From: Scyliorhinus canicula | Lineage: Eukaryota | Direction of reading: 5' to 3' | Length of the DNA: 35,555 bases | NCBI RefSeq assembly: GCF_902713615.1 | Contig: NW_024055478.1 | Coordinates: 248,001-283,555, forward strand | Part shown: positions 9,868 to 21,178 of the stretch, in pieces | Position numbering within the stretch: the first letter of the stretch is position 1 | How the letters are laid out: each line of letters opens with the position of its first letter | Notes under the pieces: model-generated | Database searches by the model: none | What the model was told of the DNA's origin: nothing | What the model saw: only the letters and a program-made list of their open reading frames with translations | Position numbers and translations under genes: made by a program

Positions 9868-12800
9868 ATGGCTAATCGGCAGGGGAGGGGGACAGGGAGC
9901 CCTCTGATCCAGCTGATAACCTGGAATGTGAGGGGGCTGAATGGGCCGGTCAAACGGGCCCGGGTGTTTGCGCACCTGAAGGGGCTGAAGGCGGATGTGG
10001 CCATGCTCCAAGAGACACACCTGAAAGTGGCGGACCAGGTTCGGCTGAGGAAGGGATGGGTGCGCCAAGTATTTCACTCAGGGCTGGATGAGAAGAGTAG
10101 GGGGGTGGAGATCCTGGTGGGGAAAAAGGTGTTGTTTGAGGCGTTAAATGTGGTGGCTGACAGTGGCGGGAGATATGTGATGGTGAGTCGTAAGCTGCAG
10201 GGGGAGCGGGTGGTGTTGGTGAATGTTTACACCCCAAATTGGGACGAGGCGGGATTTATGTGGCCTATGTTGGGCCGCATTCCGGACCTGGAGGTGGGGG
10301 GCCTTATCATGGTGGGGGATTCAACACGGTACTGGATCCCCCATTGGATCGATCCAAGTCCCGGATGGGTAGGAGGCCAGTGGCAGCTAAGGTGTTGAGG
10401 GGATTTATGGACCAGAGTTGGGGGTGGGGGGTGGATCCCTGGAGGTTTGCGAGGCAAAGGGCCAGGGAGTACTCGTTTTTCTCCCACATACATAAGACCT
10501 ACTCAAGGATTGATTTCTTTGTCCTGAGCAGGGGGTTGGTTTCGAGGGTGGAGGATGTGGAATACTCCACCATTGCCATTTCAGATCATGCCCCGCACTG
10601 GGTGGACCTCGGGCTGGGAGAACGTCTGCTCTGGACGTTCGCTCTGGCACTAGGAGGTGGGGCTACTGGCAGACGAGGAGGTGGCCGAGAGGGTTCGGGT
10701 TGTATCGAGAGGTACCTTGAGGCCAATGACAACAGGGACGTCTGCGTGGGGACTGTCTGGGAGGCATTGAAGGTGGTGACTAGAGGGAAGTTGATTTCCA
10801 TCCGAACCCATAGGGAGAGGGGGGAGCAGAGGGAGAGGGAGAGACTGATAGGGGAGTTCGTGTGGGTGGATAGGAGATAAGCGGAGGCTCCGGAGGACGG
10901 ATTGCTGGTGGAGAGACGTAGCCTTCAGGCCAGGTTCGACCTATTGACTACCAGAAAGGCGGAAGCTCAGTGGTGGAAAGCACAGGGGGCGGTGTATGAG
11001 TATGGGGAGAAGGCGAGCAGAATGCTGGCTCACCAGCTCCGAAAGCGGGACGCGGCCAGGGAGATTGGGGGAGTGACGGATAAGGCTGGGAAGGTGGTAT
11101 GGAGGGGGGTAGATGTTAATGGGTCTTCAGGGGCTTCTATGGGGAACTTTACCCGTCAGAACCCACGGTGGAGGGGGGTGGAATGGGGCTTCTTGGACAA
11201 GCTGCGATTCCCGAGGGTGGAGCAGGAGCAGGTGGAGGGACTGGGGCGCCGATCGAGCTGGAGGAGATGGTCAAAAGGATAGGGAGCATGCAGTCGGGGA
11301 AGGCACCGGGGCTGCACGGGTTTCCGGCGGAATTTTAGAAAAGGTATGTGGACCTGTTGGGTCCCCTGTTGGTCTGGACCTTTAACGAGGCAAGGGGGTA
11401 TGGGGGGGGGGGCTTTGCCCCCAACTATGTCACGGGCGCTGATTTCCTTGATCCTGAAGCGGGACAAGGACCCTCTGCAGTGCGGTTCATAGAGGCCAAT
11501 TTCGCTGCTAAACGCCGACGCTAAGCTGCTGGCAAAGATCCTGGCCACTAGAATAGAGGATTGCGTGCCCGGGGTCATTCATGTGGACCAGACGGTGTTA
11601 GTGAAGAGAAGGCAGTTGAATACGAACGTGCGAAGGCTCCTCAATGTCTTATGATGCCGGCGTGGAAGGGGAGGCGGAGATAGTGTTGGCATTGGATGCA
11701 GAGAAGGCCTTTGATAGGGTTGAGTGGGAGTATCTGTGGGAGGTGTTGGAGAGGTTTGGGTTTGGGGAGGGGTTTATCCGGTGGGTGGACTGCTCTACGA
11801 GGCCCGGTGTGAGTGTAGCCACAACTAGGAGGAGGTCAGAGTACTTTCGGCTGTACGGGGGACGAGACAGGGTGCCCCCTGTCCCCCTTGCTTTTCACGT
11901 TGGCGATTGAACCCTGGCCATGGCGTTGAGGGAGTCAGGAAACTGGAGGGGCCTGGTGCGGGGTGGGGAGGAGCATCGAGTGTCGCTTTATGTGGACGAC
12001 TTGTTGCTGTATGTGGCGGACCCTGGGGGGGATGCCGGAGTGATGCGGTTTCTTAGTGAATTCGGGGGTTTCTCTGGGTATAATTGAACCTGGGCAAGAG
12101 TAAGTTTGTTTGTGGTGCATCCGGGGATCAGTAGGAGGGGATGGTAGGCTCCCACTTAAGCAGGGAGGGAAGACTTATGTGTCCAGGTGGCTGGAGTTGG
12201 GGGGCCCTGCACAAGCTCAACCTCACAAGGTTGGTGGAGCAGATGGAGGAGGAGTTTAAGAGGTGGGAGATGTTACGCTGTCACTGGCGGGGAGGGTGCA
12301 GTCCGTTAAGATGACGGTGCTCGCGAGGTTTTTGTTCCTGTTCCAGGCCGTTTTAGGAGGGTCAACGGGAGTATCACGGGATTTTGAGGGCGGAAGGGAC
12401 CCGAGGGTGATAAGAGTGTTCCTGAACGGGCAGGGATATGGGGGGGGGGGGGGGGGCTGGCGTGCCCAACCTCTTGGGTACTATTGGCTGCCACACAGCG
12501 ATGGTGCGTAAGTGGGTAATGGTCGAGGAAGGGGCAGCATGGAAGAGATGGAGGCGGTGTCATGTGTGGGCACGAGCCTGGAGGCGCTGGCAACGGCGCC
12601 GTTGCCGCTCCCTCCAACGAGGTATACCACCCGTTTGGCGGCTACCCTCAAAATTTAGGGGCAATGAGATGCATAGGGGGAAGTGGGGGGCTCGATGGAG
12701 CCCGGATACGGGGGAACCATCGGTTTGTCCCAGGGAGCATTGATGGCGGATTTCTGGGCTGGCACAGGGCATGGGTTAGGATTTGAGGTATCTGTTTGGA

Positions 12801-13615
12801 GAGGAGGTTCGCCAGCTTGGGGGAGTTAGAGGCGAAGTTTGGGCTCCCCCCGGGGAACATGTTTAGGTACATACAGGTGAGGGTGTGTGCCAGGCAGCAG
12901 GTGGAGGGGTTCCCCTTGCTACCCCACGTGGGGTGCGGGACAGGGTGCTCTCGGGTTGTGGGTTGGAGGAGGGAGGATTTCGGACATATACCGGGTGATG
13001 CAGGATAGATACGAGCCTCGGTGGAGGAACTGAAGGGTAAATGGGAAGAGGGAGCTGGGTGAGGAGATTGAGGAGGGGACGTGGGCGGATGCCTGGAGAG
13101 AGTGAATTCCTCCTCTTCCTGTGCGAGGCTTAGCCTCATACAGTTCAAGGTGCTGAATAGGGCCCACATGACTGGGACGAGGATGAGTAGGTTTTTCGGG
13201 GGCGAGGACAGGTGTGCTAGGGCTCGGGGGTCCCTGTGAACCACGCCCATATGTTCTGGGCATGCCCGGTCGCTGGGGGTAGTTTTGGAAGGGCGTAGCG
13301 AGGACGGTGTCGAGAGTGGTGGGATCCAGGGTCAAGCCAGGCTGGGTACTCGCAATTTGTGGGATTGCAGTGGAGCAGGGAGTGCAGGAGGTGAAAGAGG
13401 CCGGTGTTCTGGCCCTTTGCGTTCTAGTAGCCCAGCGGAGGATCGTGCTCCATGGAAAGGGTGCGAGGCCCCCAAGCGTGGAGGCCTGGATCAATGATAT
13501 GGCGGGGTTCATTAAATTGGAGAAGGTGAAATTTGCCTGAGGGGATCAGTATAGGGGTTCTTTAGGCGGCGGCCAGTCTTTCCTGGACTTCCTTGCGGAA
13601 CGGTATGGGAAATAG
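9868..13615 (+). pseudogene. L1 ORF2p (APE endonuclease + RT), frameshifted
   Basis: ITWNVRGLNG, AMLQETH, YSRIDFF, SDHAP, LDAEKAFDRVEW, YVDDLLLY (about 11990), NHAHMFW. Confidence 0.9.
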
Positions 13616-13900
13616 GCCGGCAGCAGCAGCAACCCGGGCGGGGGGGGGGGGGGGAGTAGGGAGGGAGGGGGGGGTTTGGTTCGGTGGGAGGGAGAACTGT
13701 CGTACATGGGTTTGTGGGATGTGCGGGTGTTATCTCTTTCCCTTTTGTTGTTTGGGTGTTCTTGTTGTTTTTTTCTTTTGTTTGTAGTTGCTTTGAAGTT
13801 GGGTGGGTAATGTCTTGGGTTGTTACCGCGGTTGTTTTGTTAATATTGTTGTGATGTTTATATTTTGTAAAAATTTCAATAAAAATTTTTTTTTAAAAAG

Positions 13901-14700
13901 AAAAAAGTGCACCTCTGGACCCTTTTGTATCTCTTCCCTCACACATGAAACCTATGATCTCTAGTTTTAGACTCCCCTACATTTGGGGAAAGATATTGCC
14001 TCTCTACCTTGTCTATGCCACTCATTATTTTACAGACCTCTTTGAGATCATCCCAAAGCCATCGACGCTCCAGGGAAAAAAGTCCCACTTTATCCAGCCT
14101 CTACTTATAACTCAAACCATCAAGTCCCGGTAGCATCCTAGTAAATCTTTTCTGCACTTTCTCGGCAATAATAATAATCACTTATTGTCGCAGGTAGGCT
14201 TCAATGAAGTTACTGTGAAAAGCCCCTAATCGGCACATTCTGGCGCCAGTTCGGGGAGGCCGGCACGGGAATTGAACCCGCGCTGCTGCCTTGTTCTGCA
14301 TTCCAAGCCAGCTATTTAGCTCACTGTGCTAAACCGGTTAATAATGTCGTTTCTATAATAAGACTGACCAGAACTGTACACGGTATTCCAAGTGTGGTTC
14401 ACTAATGTCTTGCAAATTTCAACATGATGTCCCAACTCCTGAATTCAATGTTCTGACCAATGAAACCAATCGTGCCTTCTTCACCACCCTGACCTCCGTG
14501 ACACCACTTTTAAGGAGCTATGAACCTGTACTCCTAGATCTCTTTGTTCTATAACTCTGCCGAACTCCCTTCCACTAAGTGAGGATATCCTGCCCCGATT
14601 CGATCTACCACACATTCAACTAAATTAAACATCATGTGTTATTCATCGGCCCAGCAGCCAATGGATCAAGGTCCCATTGCAATCCGAGATAACCTTCTTC
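13901..14700 (-). mobile_element. CR1-clade LINE fragment
   Basis: Reverse-strand CR1 RT C-terminal and 3' sequence (cagaactgtacacggtattccaagtgtgg, cctatgatctctagttttagac); interrupted by a SINE. Confidence 0.8.
14167..14337 (-). mobile_element. Short tRNA-derived SINE with (TTA)n tail
   Basis: Minus strand: ggtttagcacagtgagctaaa (A-box-like), gggttcaattccc (B-box), tail gcgacaataagtgattattattatt. Confidence 0.8.
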
Positions 14701-14943
14701 CTTGGTATCGTGTAGTCTGCAGTCTCTCCCAAGTTATTCTTGGGAGAGACTGCAATTTGGACAATTTCATTTTCTCCCCCTGTTGTCTTAGGGACAAAAG
14801 TCAAGGTCACCTTGTTTTTGGTGGTAAACAATGTTCCCTCAAGTACAGTACTAGGACTACTGTTTTGTATTATTCAACTTCCCTGTTATGTATTGATTGA
14901 AATTTCCAAATTTGCCGATGCGGCTAATGTTGTTGCTCAAAGT

Positions 14944-15033
14944 TTTGACACAGAGTTATCCAGACACGAAACGTTAGCTCCTTTCTCTCATTTGAGACGC
15001 TGTCAGGCCTGCTGAGAATGTCCAATACTTTGT
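14944..15033 (+). mobile_element. Decayed pseudo-LTR of a second Penelope-like family with a degenerate hammerhead
   Basis: ttgacacagagttatccagacacgaaacgttagc = degenerate core, GAGTT/GACAC stem II, GAAA and palindromic ACGT; followed by gacgctgtcaggcctgctgag. Confidence 0.55.
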
Positions 15034-15169
15034 GATTGAAATCTGAACTCAAATCAGATGTGCATTATAGACAGAATGTGTGTGAGAGTTTAGAAGAGTA
15101 AGAAGCGAGTTGACTTAAATGTTGAAGATCCTGAGGGCTTTGATATGATTGGTTTGTTCATGTTCGGCA

Positions 15170-15335
15170 TTGGATTGGATTTGTTTATTGTTACGTGGAC
15201 AGAGGAACAGAGAAAAGTATTTTTCTGCGTGCAGCTCAAACAAATCATTCAGTACATGAAAAGAAAATACGTAACAATGCAACTCAAGGTACACAATGTA
15301 AATACATAGACGAAGGCATCGGTTGAAACATACAG
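15170..15335 (-). mobile_element. LINE (L2-like) 3' tail
   Basis: Minus strand ends ...cacgtaacaataaacaaatccaatccaa, a tail type I recall as common in shark genomes; the clade assignment is tentative. Confidence 0.45.
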
Positions 15336-16201
15336 GCCTGTGGAATTAACTGATGTGCAAAATGATTTCTCACAGGTATCAGCACCTTCGCTTAAATTGT
15401 TCAATGATTCATTCAGGGTAAATCGTCAAACAATATATTCTACTTACTTATTTTAATTTTTCACTTATAACTTCTAATGAATGAAAATCTACCAGGACAC
15501 TAATACTATATTTTTGTACCGGAGGAGAAAGCCTGGCGAGAGACTGGCTGAATATTCCCTGGAATGAGTCGAGCTCTAGATTCAAAGCATGGGAAACGAT
15601 CTCATTGAAATGTTATTAAATCTCTTGGAACCTAACAGCATTTTGATTGAGAAGCTGTTTCTCCGCCTAAATAGTGTTAAAGTAAGGATTCGATTTTCTG
15701 GAGAAGGGATTGAGGCTATAGTTATGAAAAATAGCTGAATTCACACAGTTGCAAAATTTACATTTCTCGATGTCATTTGGTTGTCGTTGTACGTGGACAT
15801 ATTCAAGGTTGATATTGATAGATTTTGAGGCACTGTGTGATTTCAAGAAAAAAGGGACAGAGCAGAATCATGGATTTCATCTGGAAGTTCAGTCCCGATG
15901 ACACTAAATGGCAAAGCAGAATCTCTCATTTCTTATGTTCCGAAGGGAAAATCTCTGAAGAAGGGTTGAGACAGAATAGAAAGGACTGGACACACAAACC
16001 TGGTAATTAGAACCCAGCTGTTTACTCTACACCTAGTTCAATTTTCGGCACTTGGCAAGTCAGCCGAGAGAAGGGAAAACTGGTGACAGGTTCCTCATGG
16101 CTGCCGAAGATCAATTTCACCCCATATGTCAAGAGCAAACATTCTGAAACTGCAAGATATATTTTGATTTATAATCTAAAACCAAAAACCCTTTGTCTTT
16201 G

Positions 16202-17105
16202 TTACTTGACTAAGTTTACTATGAGATTTCCAAGATATTTGCCGCATTCCTCAACCTTCTCTGAATTTTCTCTGCGTCACTGCATAAATGCACGTGTTGG
16301 TGCAACTGCTCAGCAGCTGAAGCATGTTTCCACTTTCTGGCGGATAAATCTGGGGTCATTGAAATTGGATCTACGAAAATAAGGTTCATTTGTAATTTTT
16401 CACGCACAGGAAATCCACAACATATGTCATCCACAACAGAATGAAGCTCCGGAGATGGCGAAGAGTAAGACAATAGACTTCCTCTGTTCAGCATCTCTGG
16501 ATCACTCTGATTCTCACCACTGCTGTTATCCCGGAGTCTCCGGCGGGATCTACTGGCCGCCATGATATGCCTGACGGTCAGAGCATTGAATAGCAAAATC
16601 AGGAGGAAGGGCAGACCTGGATTTAATACATGTGCAAACCAGTCATAGGCTGTCCATGCAAGTGAGGTGGAGAAGCTTGATTTTACGTTACAAAACCACG
16701 GCACATTGTTCATTATAAAGAGTGGTTCATAAATAAAGTACCAGGGAACGCTTTTGAAACAGCTCAACAAACAAACGGTTCCTATCACCACAGCTGCTGT
16801 TTTCTCGGTGCAATAGTTTGTCTTCAGTTTCTGGGAACAAATGGCGATACTACGATCAAAGGTGAAAGCGACGGTTAACCAGACAGAACTCTCGGTGGCC
16901 GCATAGATTATCACGGTGCTCAGAGTGCATGCTGGAGTCAATGACATAAAGCCAACTGGAAAATAGATGCCAATAATCCGATTGAATATGACAGCGGTGA
17001 CAACGACTAGGAGATCAGTCACTGCCATAGACACCAGATACCAAGTGATGCATTTGGAGAGACCACACCTTCCCCTGGAGAGGACCACGATCGCCACCAA
17101 GTTAA
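16202..17105 (-). CDS. Exon 2 of a class A 7TM GPCR (shark-expanded GPR139-like family); 3' third disrupted by about 6 one-base indels
   Basis: Acceptor ctccttgtgtctctcag|TTAAC. VNLVAIVVLSRGRCGLSKCITWYLVSMAVTDLL, SVWLTVAFTFDRSIAIC, LPFLLILLFNALTVRHI. After correcting indels: RRKSIVLLFAISG...LQLLSSCTNTCIYAVTQRKFRE...LVK*, TAA at 16204-16202. Confidence 0.9.
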
Positions 17106-17643
17106 CTGAGAGACACAAGGAGATTTAAATTGTAAAATTACTAAACATATTCCAACCATGCACATGGCATAATTGTGACTTTTTACAGTTCATCTTCGTT
17201 ATGGAGGACACCTAACACAGTTATTCTGGTTTTTTTAATGTCAATTCTGTTTCAGAAAACGCTGCAAGGGCATCCTAAATTTATGCAGCATCTTTAAAGC
17301 AAAAGGTGTCTCAAGTCGCTTCAGAGAAGATTGATACATCAAAATGTGTCACCACACCACATGAGAAGGTATTGTGCCAGATGTGGAATAATTGGACAAG
17401 CAGGTAAGCTTAAAGAAAGCATTGAAGAAGCAGATTGAGGAAGAAAGTAAATGCGATTGAAGGCGGCCATTTCATAGCGACGGACCAAACGGTTAAAGAT
17501 CTGAAGGTCACGTTCAATATTTGGCATTCCAATTTTGGATCATGTATCAGGTAAACGGGAAAAGCCTGTTAACACAGGTGACATATTAGTTACATTTGTA
17601 TTTTTAAAGTGTATAATTAGACGAGGGTGACACGGTGACACAA

Positions 17644-18160
17644 GGGAGGCACGGTAGCACAATGTTTAGCACTGCTGCATCACAGCTCCAGGGTCCCAGG
17701 TTCAATTCCGGCCTCGGGTGACTCCCTTTGTGGAGTTTACACGTTCTACCCGTGTCTGCGTGAGTTTCCCTCGGGTGCTCCGGTTTCCTCCCACAGTCCA
17801 AAGATGCGCAGGTTAGGTGGATTGGTCTTGTTACCTAAATTGTCCTTTACTGTCTACAAAGGGCAGTAAGAAGTCTTACAACACCAGGTTAAAGTCCAAC
17901 AGGTTTGTTTCAAACACGAGCTTTCGGAAAGATCGTGTTTGAAACAAACCTGTTGGACTTTAACCTGGTGTTGTAAGACTTCTTACTGTGCTCACCCCAC
18001 TCCAACGCCGGCATCTCCACATCATGTCTAAAAAGGTTAGGTGGGGTTATTGTGTTTTTGGGATCGGGTAAAGGCGTAGGCTTAAGTAGGCTGCTCTTGC
18101 CAAGAGCCGGTGCAGACTCGATGGGCCAAAAAGCTGTAAATGCACTGCAAATTCTGTTTT
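17644..18160 (+). mobile_element. HE1/V-SINE-type tRNA-derived SINE interrupted by a Penelope fragment
   Basis: A/B boxes, V-domain gggtgctccggtttcctcccacagtccaaagatg, CR1-like tail gcagactcgatgggcc. Confidence 0.85.
17864..18026. mobile_element. 163-bp palindromic Penelope pseudo-LTR insertion
   Basis: Arms 17864-17925 and 17927-17988 (62 bp, 1 mismatch) plus a tail ending at ATG 18024-18026; TSD TGTCTACAAAGG (17851-17862) / TGTCTAAAAAGG (18025-18036). Confidence 0.9.
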
Positions 18161-18850
18161 TAAAAAGTATGTAAGGGAATATTCTAAACAAATCCGATGT
18201 GTCAGTTTAATACAACTGAAGAAACATCGAATGATGTGCGTCTCAGAAACCGCTGGCTTGGAAGCCAGTTTCCATTCTGATGAGAAATTATGTTCTTTGT
18301 TCTCTGACGGAGGCGAAACAAATTGGGTTTATATTGTCTGAAATGTCGAAGAGGCCATCTGCTTGAAACAAACAACATTCTCAAAGGGCGTGACAGAATC
18401 TATGGAGAGAGGTCGTGCCCGAAGATTCTGGATTCATGGCGAATCACTTCAGCATAAAGGAAAGGTTATTTCGGACTGAGAGGAGCACGAATTTATTCAC
18501 AAAAAATGGATGTGTTGTTTTAGAATTCTCTGCCAAGATGACTCTGGGTCTCCTTATTGTTAAATATATATTCAATATTCAAGGCTTAGATGGACAGCGT
18601 TTGCTGGCTGAGAGAACCAAGTCACATTTGATGCGGCAAAATGGATTTTAATCCGAATATCAGTCAGGAGTTTATTGAATGCAGAACAGGCGCGACCTGT
18701 TGCGTGCTGTCCTCTGCCTCAGCCACTTATATCGATGTACGCAGGTTAAAGGCTCGGAATCCTACGGCGATTAACTTACCCTTTGATCGTAACGTCCCTG
18801 TGCAACCCCCTCCCCCCCCCCCCCCCCCTCTCCCCCCCACCCTTCGCCCC

Positions 18851-19395
18851 GCCCTCAAAGCCTGTCCACCATCTACAATGTAGAAGCCAGGAACGGAATG
18901 GAATACTTGCTTAGATCAGTGCAGCTCCAATAATGCTCAATAAGCTCAAAACCATCCAGGACAAATCAGCCTACTTGATTGACACCCTTTCCACAAACAT
19001 TAATTCCCTCCACTACCGAAGCATTGTAGCATCGGTGTATCCAATTTACAAGATTCATTGCAGGAACTCAGTCACTTTCCCTCATCAACACCTTCGAAAC
19101 CCACGACTGCTACCACCTAGAAGGAGAAAAACAGCAGATACTACCACCGGGAGGTTCTCCCACAATTCACTCACCATCCTGACTTGGACATATATTCCCG
19201 TCCCTTCACTGTCGCTGGGTAAAAATCGTGGAACACCCTCCCTAACAGCACAGTAGGTGTGTCTACAGTGGTCTACATGTCTACATGGACTGCAGTGCTC
19301 AAGAAGGCAGATCACCACCACCACCTTCTGAAGAGCAATTAAGCACGGGAAACAATTGCTGGCCTCGCCAGCGACGGCCGCATCCTTTAAAAATG
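18851..19395 (+). mobile_element. Non-LTR retrotransposon 3' fragment (clade uncertain), antisense in the GPCR intron
   Basis: ORF 18933-19256 (KLKTIQDKSAYLI...SLHYR...IYKIHC) then a 3' end gcaattaagcacgggaaacaattgctggcctcgccagcgacg. Confidence 0.65.
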
Positions 19396-19624
19396 ACATT
19401 TTAAAAAACGTCAGATCATTTTAAGTTATTCATTCAATTGATTTGGCGTCTTAGAAGCACCACAATTGATTACATTTATTGTCCGTCGATTCTAACCATT
19501 GAAAGGCTATTGTGGAGCACGACTTACCGACTGAGTGGTTTCATGAGTCATTTCAGAGAACTGTTAATGTTCAATTATATCGCTGTGAATCTGGAATTAT
19601 ATATCCGCTAGTGTTGATGTTCTT

Positions 19625-19800
19625 CAATAAAGGACGTTATAGAACCTGGTGAACGTTCTGCTGTCACTGGTAGTTTCATAATGATCATTAATGATAATAT
19701 CAGTTAATTCCACATTTAATTGTTATCTGAATTTAAATTAAATTCTGCGTTTTGAACTCGTGCCTTTTGATCATGAATCCAGGAACATAACCGCAATCTC
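19625..19800 (-). mobile_element. Old degenerate tRNA-derived SINE (SacSINE/DeuSINE-like)
   Basis: Minus strand: B-box-like gagttcaaaac, then aaatgtggaatt...aatgatcattatgaaac...ggttctataacgtccttta; similarity judged from memory of the family. Confidence 0.4.
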
Positions 19801-20640
19801 CCCTTCACTAAACATTACATGATTCCCACCAAATATCTATGATTCGTCTGTCATATCTTTTGCCCAACCTCAACAATGGCTCTGTAAAATAGTTATCGAA
19901 GAGCACAGTCAGAGTACTCGCAACCGTACAGGGAAGATGAATGAAGTGGCTGTGTCACGAGTCGAGTAATGCAGTAGCTGGACGAATGTTTCAGCGATTA
20001 AATGAGTTTGTTTTGCGCTCGGGTCGGTTTTCTTCTCCTGTGATATCAACGCGACAGAAAAGCAGATCAAGGGCAAAACTGGACGCCAGTTAGGATTACA
20101 ACGCAATAGCAATTTCAATCCCCCATCATGTTAAGCGAAAAGATGAAATAGCTGACAGTGAATCTGCAGCTCATTCCGGATCCCTCCAGAAATGTAATCA
20201 CCTCAAAGGAATGCTAGCGTAATTCAAGGCAATTGTGTAACATGGTAATAATTCACGACAGCTCGATTTAGACTTACATACGAATTAAAAATCTACCTAA
20301 AGGTTGCATTCTTATGTTACCTCCCTGTAGATCAGGTACTATTGATTTCGAAAAGGTGACCAAAATATTATTAATTTTATCCAGGCAACTGACATTGGCA
20401 GCCGAGCCTCGATATGGCAAGGAATAGCCCCAGATCAATTGATGTGTCAGAAACTAATTATTAAGGCTCGAGCTTTTAAAAATGAATACATATTTAAATG
20501 AGGAAGATCTAAGCTTCCCTTGCTCAAATAAGGTTTAAAAACGCGTGGGGATGATTATATCATGTTGTTAGTTACAATGGAATGAAGTAACGTCATAAAA
20601 CAGTGATTCTTCAAGTCAATGAGTTAGTGCAGCAACTTAC

Positions 20641-20710
20641 CCGGAACTCCAATGGCAGCAAGAATTGGGTAGTAAATGGCATAAACTACACCAGTTATCT
20701 GGCCGTGCAT
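20641..20710 (-). CDS. Exon 1 of the GPCR (N-terminus + TM1)
   Basis: ATG CAC GGC...= MHGQITGVVYAIYYPILAAIGVP + G|GTAAGT; phase 1 matches the exon 2 acceptor (G+TT = Val). Intron 17106-20640. Confidence 0.9.
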
Positions 20711-21178
20711 TCTGCAGTCAGTCACAGAGATTCTTTATGAGAAAGTCAAAAAGCCCGCAGTTATACAGTTTGAAATCTAGAGGGACGCAATTAGTATCTA
20801 AAATTATTTACAGTTGCGTGAACAAACAATTTCAGCAGTTATTTCCATGTTCATATTTGGAGGAGTTAGAATTTTGAAAGACCCCAGGAAGATGACAACC
20901 AGTCTTTGTGTGTTGGGCAGCCCAGGATATTCCTTTTAAAAAAAAAATAATTTTTATTGAAAAACTTTGAATTGATACAACAATAACGCACAATAGTAAA
21001 ATACCAAAAATAACAATAATATTAACAATCATAAACATTCACCCCACCTCCATGAACAACACAGCATTTTAACAACAATGCAAATTAACACAATATAAAG
21101 TTACAGAATAGACACTACAATAAGGAACACCCCCCCCCCCCCCCCCCTCCGGGTTGCTGCTGCTATTGACCAAGTTAC

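Larger units (their letters stand above)
8228..13906 (+). mobile_element. Full-length L1-clade LINE, multiply frameshifted
   Basis: 5' UTR gttccggtggcggc, ORF1, ORF2 (APE, RT, C-terminal Cys/His motif), AATAAA at 13878 and an A-rich end. No TSD found. Confidence 0.92.

Noticed and set aside
9209-9907. Pro/Gly-rich ORFs on both strands in the L1 inter-ORF regions (also 24962-25671) and in the MITE (28043-28546)
   Set aside because: Low-complexity by-products of G/C-skewed repeat sequence with no domain motifs.
16219-17118. 299-aa ORF as a single-exon GPCR
   Set aside because: MCLS comes from intron sequence before the acceptor; TM1 is in exon 20641-20710 and the ORF's C-terminus is out of frame.
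17339-17527. 62-aa minus ORF as GPCR exon 1
   Set aside because: No TM1 and no suitable donor; the true exon 1 is at 20641-20710.
18267-18325. CTGATGAGAAA and CTGACGGAGGCGAAAC as hammerhead cores
   Set aside because: No stem II or stem I pairing. Also applies to CTGAAGAAGGG near 15955.
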